A stretch of 64,000 bases of DNA from an uncultured Alistipes sp. (lineage in GTDB: Bacteria > Bacteroidota > Bacteroidia > Bacteroidales > Rikenellaceae). Every line of letters starts with the position of its first letter. Within the stretch, counting starts at the first letter, position 1. Positions 27,007-37,510 of the stretch are shown here, piece after piece. The translations under genes and the position numbers were made by a program. The stretch lies in contig CAYXGF010000002.1 in the NCBI GenBank assembly GCA_964464465.1, forward strand, positions 1,000 to 64,999, given 5' to 3'. Below the pieces are notes generated by a model that did no database searches, was not told where the DNA came from, and saw nothing but the letters and a program-made list of their open reading frames with translations.

Positions 27007-28524
27007 TTACATATTTTCCGGATATACCGTGCGGCCCCATTCGGTCTCCATGTATGCCTGCCGGAACACCGGGTAGGTCTGTCGCGGGATGTAGGAACTC
27101 AGCCCGCAGGCTCTTTCGAGTGTTATCCACTCTCCGTGGGAGTATATGTTGCTCCATATCTTTCCGGTATGGCGGACGTGCTGCACAGTGCGGGCCAGTT
27201 GTCTGTGGAACTCTTCGAGCGCTATGGCGTCGGTGCAGTTCATGCTCCGGACGTAATCTTCCAAATCGTAGAATATGTGGGATTCGAGCTGTTCGTAGTG
27301 CTGTATCTCCTCCGTGTCGTCCGGCTCGGAAGCTTGTCTTGCCACTTTGGAGAATCTGCCGGCAAGGGCATCGAGTTCCGACGTCTTTATGACGGATATG
27401 TATGCCGAACCGAGCGACGGTTGTGCTGCATAATAATCCACGAAACAGTCCGCGATGCTGTTCCAGTCGCCCCACGACGCGAACATCGTCTGTACTACTT
27501 TCTCATATGGGAATCCGCTGGCCATGATTTCGCACGGGGAGGCCATGATGCAGTCTGCCGTACCGCGCAGTTCGTAGAGGGCTTCGACGCTGCCCATGAA
27601 ACAGGCGTCCAGCATCATGAAATCGAAATGAATGTCCCGCAGTCCCTCCTTGATGCCGCTGATGTCCATCCAGCGGCTTCCGTCGGTGCCGATGTTGCGG
27701 GTGGAGTATTCGTCGCACGGCGCGGTTGTCTTGTCATACAGCCATTTCAGGCCGCTGCCGTTTAGTGAGCGCTGTCTGCGGTCGGAGCCGAGCGAACTTG
27801 TCAGCCAGCCCCAGCCGTGTGCGCCGATGCTTATGGCGTAATGACGTGCGGGGGCGTCCTGTTTTATGTCGTTTATCGCCTCTGCCATTATGCGGGGGTC
27901 CGTGCAGTCCACGTTTCCGTAGTCCCGGATTAGGGTGCGGACGCTCTGACGGGTTTGGTGGTCGTATTCTATCTCTTCGAGCGTGGTCTTCGATTCGGTG
28001 TCGAGGAACACCATGATACGGTTGTCCACACCTGCCGCACCATTCGATACGGCCCGCATGGCCTGGGTTATGTTGCTTTTTAGGTATCCAGACAGATTGT
28101 TGTTGCCCATCAGATACATGATGAAGACGTTTTCGACCTGCTCGGATATTCCTCTCTGTATTATGGGGATTTCTGTCCGGCACGCAGTCCCGTCTATGTA
28201 CAACGTCGTGCGGCGTGTGTGGTTTTTTGTATTTTCTGTAAGATATACGACGATTTCCTGAGCGTTGCCGTCACCCCTGCCGCGTTCGACCGATACGCTG
28301 CACCAGTCCGTCATTCCGGAGACTGTCCAGTCCGTGTTGCCTGTTATCGTTCCCGAGAACGATTGGTCGTCGCAGGATGCGTGTATGAACGGTATGTCGG
28401 TGTACAACTGGTATGCGTTGATGTCGGACTCCTCCGGTACGGAGCATCCCGAGAGTAGGGTCACAAGCAGTATGACCGGATATATCGTAGTGCGTATTAT
28501 ATTTTTCAAGTTTGGCGGATTCAT
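27007..28524 (-). CDS. clostripain-like (peptidase C11) lipoprotein with an N-terminal BACON-like domain
   Basis: It has the lipobox LLSGCS, BACON-like TDWTVSGMTDWCSVS, and a His/Cys dyad context AISIGAHGWGW and MMLDACFMGS. The start is at MNPPNLK; the ATG at 28563 is also possible. Confidence 0.75.
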   Translation of the reverse strand: MNPPNLKNIIRTTIYPVILLVTLLSGCSVPEESDINAYQLYTDIPFIHASCDDQSFSGTITGNTDWTVSGMTDWCSVSVERGRGDGNAQEIVVYLTENTKNHTRRTTLYIDGTACRTEIPIIQRGISEQVENVFIMYLMGNNNLSGYLKSNITQAMRAVSNGAAGVDNRIMVFLDTESKTTLEEIEYDHQTRQSVRTLIRDYGNVDCTDPRIMAEAINDIKQDAPARHYAISIGAHGWGWLTSSLGSDRRQRSLNGSGLKWLYDKTTAPCDEYSTRNIGTDGSRWMDISGIKEGLRDIHFDFMMLDACFMGSVEALYELRGTADCIMASPCEIMASGFPYEKVVQTMFASWGDWNSIADCFVDYYAAQPSLGSAYISVIKTSELDALAGRFSKVARQASEPDDTEEIQHYEQLESHIFYDLEDYVRSMNCTDAIALEEFHRQLARTVQHVRHTGKIWSNIYSHGEWITLERACGLSSYIPRQTYPVFRQAYMETEWGRTVYPENM

Positions 28525-28568
28525 GTTCTCGTATGTTTTTAGAATGGACGTGTAGCGGGGCATCTGAC

Positions 28569-29291
28569 TTAGAGCGGGAATCCGTTTAACTGCCAGCGGC
28601 CCGGTTTTTTTGCCGGTGCGGACTCGGGAGCCTTCCGGTACATGCGGCCGAAGTCGAAATAATATCCTTTCGTGTTTCCGTCCTTCTCCGCAAGACGTAT
28701 GTATTCCACCGAGCGGGTGCGCACCTGGCGGTTAAGTATATTGAGACCGCGGGCGGCCAGGACGTCGGCGGCGTGCTCGGTCCGAAGCACATGTTTGGGT
28801 TCGCTCTCTTTGAGACCGCTGCCGGATGATTCGATGGTGCGGATTATCTTGGCGAAACGGTCCGCGTTTACAGCAGCCTGCACGGTATCGCCAAGTATGC
28901 CGTAGGCATATGTCATGAAGTTTATGTTCTGAGGGCTGAACGGGTCGGCCTTCATTATCTCTTCGGCGGCTTCCACTATTCTGCGGGCCTGCTGCTGCGA
29001 TGTCTCGTGTCCGCCGGAGGAAGCGAGTATCTCCATGATGGCGTCCGACGAAGGCGCCGTTTCCAGAGGCCTGTAACCGGGGTCGTATGCATATCCGTAA
29101 TACAGGTAATGATAGTCGTCGTCGGTAAGCGTTGTGTCGCCGCCCATGTAGCGCATCATCAGCGACGGGTAGTAATACGGCGAGTCGGCGGCGAGTATCT
29201 TTGCGAGAATATCCTCTTCGTCGGGCACCTTGGCCCATGTGGACGATACCTGCGACAGGACTATGAGAAGACAGAGTGCGAGACGTTTCAT
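28569..29291 (-). CDS. secreted DUF4919-like protein
   Basis: Start at MKRLALCLLIVLSQVSS (signal). The Tyr-rich YYYPSLMMRY...DDYHYLYYGYAY region recalls DUF4919 from memory. Confidence 0.5.
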   Translation of the reverse strand: MKRLALCLLIVLSQVSSTWAKVPDEEDILAKILAADSPYYYPSLMMRYMGGDTTLTDDDYHYLYYGYAYDPGYRPLETAPSSDAIMEILASSGGHETSQQQARRIVEAAEEIMKADPFSPQNINFMTYAYGILGDTVQAAVNADRFAKIIRTIESSGSGLKESEPKHVLRTEHAADVLAARGLNILNRQVRTRSVEYIRLAEKDGNTKGYYFDFGRMYRKAPESAPAKKPGRWQLNGFPL

Positions 29292-29320
29292 CGTGACTGA
29301 ATTATTCGATATCATAACGG

Positions 29321-29328
29321 CAAATATA
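29321..29328 (-). promoter_or_regulatory. Bacteroidetes -7 box (TATATTTG) for the DUF4919/C11 operon
   Basis: The plus strand reads CAAATATA, 30 nt upstream of the ATG at 29291. Confidence 0.45.
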
Positions 29329-29380
29329 GCAAAAGGCGTGTGCTTAATGAAACAAACCTGTTTATTTTATTAGGTAACCA

Positions 29381-29568
29381 TATACAATTTTACAGTTATG
29401 CGCTTTCACAAAGCGCGCGGGCCGGAGCCTGTCCCCGCGAATGCCCGCTCATTTCATTCGCTCTGTACCTTCGCAGGCTCCTATCCCGCATTATACGCAC
29501 TATCTTCACATTAATCCGGTACTTATTATAACTTCGTTGTTAAATATACCGTACTGTAAAGTTGTATA
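29381..29568 (+). mobile_element. copy B of the repeated intergenic element: 188 bp bounded by 16-bp terminal inverted repeats (MITE-like or inverton-like)
   Basis: TATACAATTTTACAGT (29381-29396) and ACTGTAAAGTTGTATA (29553-29568) are 15/16 complementary. The interior shares about 115 nt with 11971-12088 (inverted) and, more weakly, with 54951-55042. Confidence 0.6.
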
Positions 29569-29680
29569 AAGATACTTTTTATTATTATCGTTCGGTTTTG
29601 TCGCTAAGTAACACAAAAAATCGGCCATTCGTCGTGTGTGACGAACAGCCTCAGCATTTAAAAGTTTTTCGTACCAGTAT

Positions 29681-30565
29681 TTATAAATGCTTTTCTCTGA
29701 TTATGTTTTCGAGAAGTCCTCTCAAAATATCGCTCGCCTCCACGAGCGGCAGTCTCATCGCAGGTTCCATAAAGCCTTTGACGGCCAGCGCGGTCTTGAC
29801 TCCCGTAGGATTGCCCTCGGCGAACAGCAGCGATACGGCCCTCTCCAACTCCGCGAAAATATGTGCCGCGGATTCCTTCTCTCCGCCCAGGGCCTTGTGT
29901 ATCATATCAGTGAATCTGGCCGTATAGACGTTGGCCGCCACGGAGATTACGCCCCGGCCGCCCATCTCTATTATAGGCAGCGACAGAGAGTCGTCGCCCG
30001 AAATCACTGCGAATCCGGCAGGCGCTCCGGAGATTATGGCCTTTATCTGTTCCAGACGTCCGCTTGCCTCCTTGATGGCGGCGATGTTCGGACAGTCGTA
30101 AGCCAGGGATATGGTTGTCTCGGCTTCGAGGTTTACGCCCGTGCGTCCGGGAACGTTGTAGAGTATCACCGGCAGCGGCGATGCCTGGGCGATTGTCTTG
30201 TAGTGGAGATACAGCCCTTTCTGAGACGGCTTGTTGTAATATGGAGTTACGCTCAGCACGGCGCTGAATCCGTCCGTATCTGCGGTTTGCAGCTCTGCGG
30301 CCACCGATGCCGTGCAGTTGCCGCCGATGCCGATGACCATGGGAAGCCGCGAGGCGTTGGCCGAGCGTATGCAGGAGACTACATCGGCTCTCTCCCGTGC
30401 AGTGAGAGAGGGCGTTTCCGCCGTGGTTCCCAGTGCTACCAGATAATCGACACCCTCGCGCGTCACCCTGTCGACCAGACGTTCCAGTGCTGTGAAATCA
30501 ATCTCTCCGTTTTTTCCGAACGGAGTGACCAGCGCTACGCCGACACCCTTGAAATCAAATTCCAT
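29681..30565 (-). CDS. dapA: 4-hydroxy-tetrahydrodipicolinate synthase
   Basis: Start at MEFDFKGVGVALVTPF, with the GTTAE motif. The -7 box at 30596-30603 excludes the 30598 start. Confidence 0.9.
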   Translation of the reverse strand: MEFDFKGVGVALVTPFGKNGEIDFTALERLVDRVTREGVDYLVALGTTAETPSLTARERADVVSCIRSANASRLPMVIGIGGNCTASVAAELQTADTDGFSAVLSVTPYYNKPSQKGLYLHYKTIAQASPLPVILYNVPGRTGVNLEAETTISLAYDCPNIAAIKEASGRLEQIKAIISGAPAGFAVISGDDSLSLPIIEMGGRGVISVAANVYTARFTDMIHKALGGEKESAAHIFAELERAVSLLFAEGNPTGVKTALAVKGFMEPAMRLPLVEASDILRGLLENIIREKHL

Positions 30566-30595
30566 GTTACTATCTCCAAATGCTTTTACGTGAGG

Positions 30596-30603
30596 CAAAA
30601 TTA
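30596..30603 (-). promoter_or_regulatory. Bacteroidetes -7 box (TAATTTTG) for dapA
   Basis: The plus strand reads CAAAATTA, 31 nt upstream of the ATG at 30565. Confidence 0.45.
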
Positions 30604-30613
30604 AGACTTTTAA

Positions 30614-32722
<2,109 letters not shown>

Positions 32723-32853
32723 TCATTTTGCATTTTACGTACAATAGCGCGGAGATAAAACGGGGGAGAAAAAACGGCTCCGCAAATTTTTTGGCTGAAT
32801 GTTTGCGATTTGTAAATTACTGCGTATAATTGCAAAAATTTTTGACACTGGTT

Positions 32854-33186
32854 ATGACTAAAACGACAGAAAATAAACCCAAAAAACGGCTGATTATCAG
32901 TCAGCACAACCTCCCGTTGGAGTTGCAGCAGCAGCTTCGGGAGCAGTATCCGGGCGGATATACCGATGCCATGATGCGTATAGACAAGGGACCCGGCGAT
33001 TTCTTCTATGCCGTGGTTTTGGAGACCGAGGATATAAATTATCTCGTGAAGGTGGATGTGAAGATTGACGACGGTATAGACGACGAGGAGGACAAGGATT
33101 ACATCGAAGACGGCGACATCGACGGAGCCGACGAGATAATGGATACGGCCGACGAGGAGCAGAGCGCCGAGCTGGAAAACGTTTAG
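32854..33186 (+). CDS. hypothetical small acidic protein
   Basis: A 110-aa ORF starting at MTKTTENKPKK, with a C-terminal D/E-rich tail. It is followed by a terminator on the same strand. Confidence 0.6.
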   Translation: MTKTTENKPKKRLIISQHNLPLELQQQLREQYPGGYTDAMMRIDKGPGDFFYAVVLETEDINYLVKVDVKIDDGIDDEEDKDYIEDGDIDGADEIMDTADEEQSAELENV

Positions 33187-33214
33187 ACAAGGATTAGAAG
33201 TACGAGATATGATG

Positions 33215-33245
33215 CCCCGGGAGACACATCGACCGGGGTTTTCGT
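33215..33245 (+). terminator. rho-independent terminator
   Basis: CCCCGG-N12-CCGGGG is followed by TTTTCGTT. Confidence 0.6.
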
Positions 33246-33320
33246 TGAATGCACGGTCCGTACCCGCGTGCGGCGGCTGAAAAACATGTCCTGCGGTTTT
33301 CATTTGACGTTATAAGTTCG

Positions 33321-33328
33321 TACATTTG
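33321..33328 (+). promoter_or_regulatory. Bacteroidetes -7 box (TACATTTG) for tilS-holA
   Basis: An exact match lies 23 nt upstream of the ATG at 33351. Confidence 0.45.
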
Positions 33329-33350
33329 TGAGTCATATATTTCGGAAACC

Positions 33351-34697
33351 ATGGAAGCATTGCTGGATAAATTTCGCAAGTACATCAAGGATAACTCGCT
33401 GGCTACGCACAGCGACAAGATTCTGCTGACGGTCAGCGGCGGGGTCGATTCCATGGTCATGCTCCGGCTCTTCGCCGAATGCGGATACGACATAGGCGTT
33501 GCTCACTGCAACTTCCAGCTCCGGGGCCGCGAGAGCGACGAGGACGAGGTGCTGGTGGCCGATGCGGCGGCGCGTCTGGGCGTGCCGTGTTACAACAAGC
33601 GTTTCGCCACGGCGCAGGAGATGGAGCGCACGGGCGAGTCGATGGAGATGGCTGCGCGCCGGTTGCGTTACGACTGGTTCGCCGAGCTGAGCGAGCAGTA
33701 CGGATACACGGTTGTGGCCATCGCTCATCAGGCCGACGATTCGATAGAGACGTTCTTCATCAATCTGCTGCGCGGTACCGGTCTGAGAGGACTTACGGGC
33801 ATAAGCATGACGCGCGGCCGTATAATCCGACCTCTGCTGTTCGCCTCGCGCAAGGATATTGCGGACTATGCCGTGGCCAACGGAATAGTTTTCCGCGAGG
33901 ATTCGTCGAACCGTTCCACAAAATATCTGCGCAACAAGATAAGACTGGGACTTGTGCCGCGTATACGTGAGATAAATCCCAAGTTCACCGACCTCATGCG
34001 TCATAATATCGGCCGTCTGACCGATGCCCAGCTCTTCATAAGCCGCAGCATAGAGCTGCTCCGGTCGCAGATAGAGACCCGCGCCGGGGGGCAGACCGTA
34101 ATAGATACGGACCGCATAGACCGCAACTATCCTGTGGAGTTCGTCATCTACGAGCTGCTGAGCACTCCCTACGGATTCAAGGGCGATGTGGTGGATGGTC
34201 TGTGCCGGGCCCTTGCCGAAGGAGTGTCGGGCCGCAAGTTCTTCTCGAAGGAGTATGTGGCGTATTTGGACCGCCGTAAGATAATCATACAGCCGTTGCA
34301 GAGTACCGAGCTGTGCGAGGTGAGCGTCGAAAACGGTGCTTCGCGTGCCTATTGCGGCAATTCGGTCCTGTATATGGAGTATCTCGACATCGACAATGTG
34401 GATACGCTGTCGCTGCCGGAAAATATAGCGCTCATAGATGCCGACAGGTTGGAGTTTCCTTTGACGCTGCGGCGTTGGATGGATGGCGACTCGTTTGTGC
34501 CGATAGGTATGAGCGGCCGCAAGAAGGTCAGCGATTTCCTCATCGACGCCAAGGTGTCGCTTCCCGAAAAGCAGCGTCAGTTCGTCCTTTTGAGCGGCGG
34601 CCGTATTGTCTGGCTTATAGGGCGCAGGCTCAGCGATGAATTCAAGATTACCGGTTCCACCGAGAATATTCTGAAAATAACCAAGGAGATAATCTGA
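33351..34697 (+). CDS. tilS: tRNA(Ile)-lysidine synthase
   Basis: Start at MEALLDKF. The PP-loop is LLTVSGGVDSMVM. Confidence 0.9.
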   Translation: MEALLDKFRKYIKDNSLATHSDKILLTVSGGVDSMVMLRLFAECGYDIGVAHCNFQLRGRESDEDEVLVADAAARLGVPCYNKRFATAQEMERTGESMEMAARRLRYDWFAELSEQYGYTVVAIAHQADDSIETFFINLLRGTGLRGLTGISMTRGRIIRPLLFASRKDIADYAVANGIVFREDSSNRSTKYLRNKIRLGLVPRIREINPKFTDLMRHNIGRLTDAQLFISRSIELLRSQIETRAGGQTVIDTDRIDRNYPVEFVIYELLSTPYGFKGDVVDGLCRALAEGVSGRKFFSKEYVAYLDRRKIIIQPLQSTELCEVSVENGASRAYCGNSVLYMEYLDIDNVDTLSLPENIALIDADRLEFPLTLRRWMDGDSFVPIGMSGRKKVSDFLIDAKVSLPEKQRQFVLLSGGRIVWLIGRRLSDEFKITGSTENILKITKEII

Positions 34698-34702
34698 GCG
34701 CG

Positions 34703-35773
34703 ATGGCCAAGAGCGATGTTAAATTCAGGGACAGCGTTGCGCAGGCTCAGCGTATCGAGTCCATGATAATGCAGAAAAACTGCTCGCCCGTCTATCTGCT
34801 GATGGGCGAGGAGCCGTATTTTATTGACCGCATATCGGATATGTGTGCCGAGGATGTGCTCTCCGAGCAGGAGAAGGCGTTCAACCTCACGGTCGTCTAT
34901 GGAAAGGACTCCACTGCCGGTGCGGTCGTCAATCTGTGCCGTCAGGTGCCTATGATTGGCGCGCGGCAGGTGGTGATAGTGAAGGAGGCGCAGACACTTC
35001 GGAAAATAGAGGAGCTGTCGGTATATACCTCTGCGCCTGTTGCCTCGACGATTCTCGTGCTCTGCCACAAGGAGAAGAACGTGGACAAACGGACCGCGCT
35101 GTACAAGAGTTGTCTTGCGCACGGCGAGGTTCTGGAATCGGTTCGTCCGCGCGATTACGAGATGAAGGGGTGGCTGACGGATTTCATACGTGCGCGCGGC
35201 CTTGACATGGAGCCGAAGGCTGTGGATATGATTACCGAGCATCTGGGAACCGATATATCCAAAATATCCAACGAACTTTCCAAGCTCGTCCTGTCCCTGC
35301 CGCAGGGAACCCGGAAGGTTACGGCGGAGCATGTGGAACTCAATATAGGCATAAGCAAGGATTTCAACAATTTCGAGCTGTGTAACGCCGTGGCCACGCG
35401 CAATGTCGCAAAGGCGCTTGCCATAGCCGACAATTTCGCGCGCAATCCCAAGCAGCATCCTTTTGTGGTCACTCTGTCGACGCTTTTCACCCAGTTCCGC
35501 CAGATATTCATAATCAATTATTACAAATGGCTCTCCGCCAGGCGTTCGCAGCCGATGCCCTCGGATGCGGAGCTTTGTCGTGTGCTTAAAGTGTCCAGTC
35601 CGTTCATTGTCGGCCAGTTGAGGCAGGCGGCGGCGCTGTATCCCAATAAGAAGACGTTCGGTATATTGGGTCTCATGCGGCAGTACGATGCCAAGAGCAA
35701 AGGTATCGACAACGGTGGAATGAGCGATGCGGAACTGCTGCGCGAACTTCTGCTCAAAATATTCATGTGCTGA
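34703..35773 (+). CDS. holA: DNA polymerase III subunit delta
   Basis: A 356-aa ORF. PVYLLMGEEPYFID...VVIVKEAQ is a typical HolA N-terminal domain. Confidence 0.8.
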   Translation: MAKSDVKFRDSVAQAQRIESMIMQKNCSPVYLLMGEEPYFIDRISDMCAEDVLSEQEKAFNLTVVYGKDSTAGAVVNLCRQVPMIGARQVVIVKEAQTLRKIEELSVYTSAPVASTILVLCHKEKNVDKRTALYKSCLAHGEVLESVRPRDYEMKGWLTDFIRARGLDMEPKAVDMITEHLGTDISKISNELSKLVLSLPQGTRKVTAEHVELNIGISKDFNNFELCNAVATRNVAKALAIADNFARNPKQHPFVVTLSTLFTQFRQIFIINYYKWLSARRSQPMPSDAELCRVLKVSSPFIVGQLRQAAALYPNKKTFGILGLMRQYDAKSKGIDNGGMSDAELLRELLLKIFMC

Positions 35774-36582
35774 TGCCGCGGCCCGGATACATATCCGTCG
35801 GCGGTAAAATTGTCGGGAGCGGCTTCCCCGGCCCGTTGCCGGCATCCGGATTCTACATAAGACAGGGTATGAGGACATCGGGCGGCCGTATTCCGAATGC
35901 GGAGATGTATGTCGATTTTTTCCGTCATGCCGTCCGCACGGTGCTCGGCATGCCTCTGGACCTTACGGCCGCGCGGTTGGAGGCGTGGGCCGCGGAGTTG
36001 GCCGTCCGCAACTTCTTCGACCGCGATGTTCCGGTGGAGATGGATATGTACCTTGTCCTGGATTCGGATTCGCTGCTGCCTGTGATGACATGCCGCAGGG
36101 TGCTTATGGACGACAGCTATGCCTTGCAGGGTGTGAGGCCCGCGGCCGTGATTTTCAGTTACGGTTTCCCGTACCCGTCGTTCAGGACCTCCGTTTCGGA
36201 TGCCGCCGATGCGCTTTTCGGACACAAGGCGTTCGGCGACCGTGCGGCCGTGGCGGTGAGGTGCGATGCCGACAGCGTATTGCTCGCTGCCCGTTCGGAG
36301 GCGCTTTTTGCCGTGCATGGCAAGACTCTAATAGCCACTCCGCTGTCTGCCGGCGCCGCGGACAGTGTTCACAGGCATGTCGCTGTCGCGGCGGCCCGTG
36401 ATGCCGGAATACCGTTTGCCGAGCAGGAAATCAGGTCGCAGATGCTTTCGCGTTATGACGAACTGATGATAATAGACGCTCTCGGAGTCACCTCCATATC
36501 GCAGTGCGGCGGGGCAAGATTCATGTCGCTCACGGCCAGGCGTCTTGCCGAGGCGATGGCTGCGGCCGCGGGCGGAGTTTGA
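35773..36582 (+). CDS. divergent aminotransferase class IV / aminodeoxychorismate lyase-like protein (assignment tentative)
   Basis: The ATG overlaps the holA stop (TGATG). Size and secondary-structure pattern resemble the class IV fold, but I cannot see the usual GITR-type motif. Confidence 0.35.
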   Translation: MPRPGYISVGGKIVGSGFPGPLPASGFYIRQGMRTSGGRIPNAEMYVDFFRHAVRTVLGMPLDLTAARLEAWAAELAVRNFFDRDVPVEMDMYLVLDSDSLLPVMTCRRVLMDDSYALQGVRPAAVIFSYGFPYPSFRTSVSDAADALFGHKAFGDRAAVAVRCDADSVLLAARSEALFAVHGKTLIATPLSAGAADSVHRHVAVAAARDAGIPFAEQEIRSQMLSRYDELMIIDALGVTSISQCGGARFMSLTARRLAEAMAAAAGGV

Positions 36583-36595
36583 TGATGCCGTGAGG

Positions 36596-37411
36596 CTACC
36601 TGTGCTGCGGGGCGAGCGAATAGGCGCGGCGGCGGATTTCCTCGGTCTGGGCGCGGGCGTTGCCTGTCGTGGCGAGCGACTGCCAGGGTATCGGTTTTCC
36701 TATATATATGTCGAAATGCCGCCCGGCCTGCGAGAACATCTCGTCCGGAAGATAGAGCATCTCGACGTTGAGTCTGAGACCCATTTTCTTGCGCCACGAG
36801 GAGAGTCTGTAAAAGAAATCGGACAGCCGTCCTTCCACGAACGTCGGCACTATGTCGCGCTGCGATGCCGCTGCGCGTTTGACGAACGATGTTTTCCACT
36901 CGGTGTCCTGTATAATGCCGTTTATTTTGCGCGAGCACAGGCCTGCCGGAAATGTCAGTAAGGGCAGGTCGGAGGCGAATGCGTCGGCGAATCTGCGTGC
37001 CGAGACGCTGCTCTGCGAGCCGAATTTGTTTACGGGGATAAATATCGGTTTGAGAGGCGGCAGGTTCATGAGAATGTCGTTGACTATGACGCGCACGTCG
37101 CCGAAATGCCGGCCTATCTTTTCGGCGAGCATCATGCCGTCCATGCCGCCGAAAGGGTGGTTGGAGGCGAAGACGTATCTGCCTGCCGGGTCTATGTTTT
37201 CCAGTCCGTGGATGTCGTAGCTCACGTCCATGTATTGCAGCGTGGCATGTATGAAATCGAGCGGAGTCATGGAGCCGAAATGCTCGAATGCGTAGTTTAT
37301 CCTGTCCAGATGAACTTTGCGTCCGATGTAGTCTGTTACCGCCCGGGGAACAAACGGCGCGAGGGCCGGTTTTTTCTCTTTGAGTATTTGTCTGATAGAG
37401 ATTCTTTCCAT
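36596..37411 (-). CDS. glsA: lysophospholipid/1-acyl-glycerol-3-phosphate acyltransferase family protein, GlsA/ChoB-like O-acyltransferase
   Basis: The acyltransferase block is YVFASNHPFGGMDG, followed by a later FPAG motif. It lies directly divergent from rsmH. Confidence 0.55.
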   Translation of the reverse strand: MERISIRQILKEKKPALAPFVPRAVTDYIGRKVHLDRINYAFEHFGSMTPLDFIHATLQYMDVSYDIHGLENIDPAGRYVFASNHPFGGMDGMMLAEKIGRHFGDVRVIVNDILMNLPPLKPIFIPVNKFGSQSSVSARRFADAFASDLPLLTFPAGLCSRKINGIIQDTEWKTSFVKRAAASQRDIVPTFVEGRLSDFFYRLSSWRKKMGLRLNVEMLYLPDEMFSQAGRHFDIYIGKPIPWQSLATTGNARAQTEEIRRRAYSLAPQHR

Positions 37412-37433
37412 TCGGCTGTCGAAAATATTTTTG

Positions 37434-37441
37434 CAAATATA
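37434..37441 (-). promoter_or_regulatory. Bacteroidetes -7 box (TATATTTG) for the glsA-like gene
   Basis: The plus strand reads CAAATATA, 23 nt upstream of the ATG at 37411. Confidence 0.45.
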
Positions 37442-37452
37442 GGAATTCCGGT

Positions 37453-37483
37453 TTTGAAAACAATGCGGTTCTTAGTACCTTTG
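37453..37483 (+). promoter_or_regulatory. dcw-cluster promoter (-33 TTTG and -7 TACCTTTG)
   Basis: TTTG at 37453-37456 and TACCTTTG at 37476-37483 have 19-nt spacing. The -7 box lies 28 nt upstream of the rsmH ATG. Confidence 0.55.
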
Positions 37484-37510
37484 AATCCTAATAGACCCGA
37501 AAAATAACAC

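Noticed and set aside
11971-29568. The idea that the inverted copies A and B delimit a 17.6-kb mobile or invertible segment.
   Set aside because: The interval holds core genes (rlmH, asnS, rpoN, rnpA, yidD and others) with normal composition. The copies are only about three-quarters identical. Copy A lacks one TIR, and a third copy exists elsewhere. Dispersed repeats are the simpler explanation.
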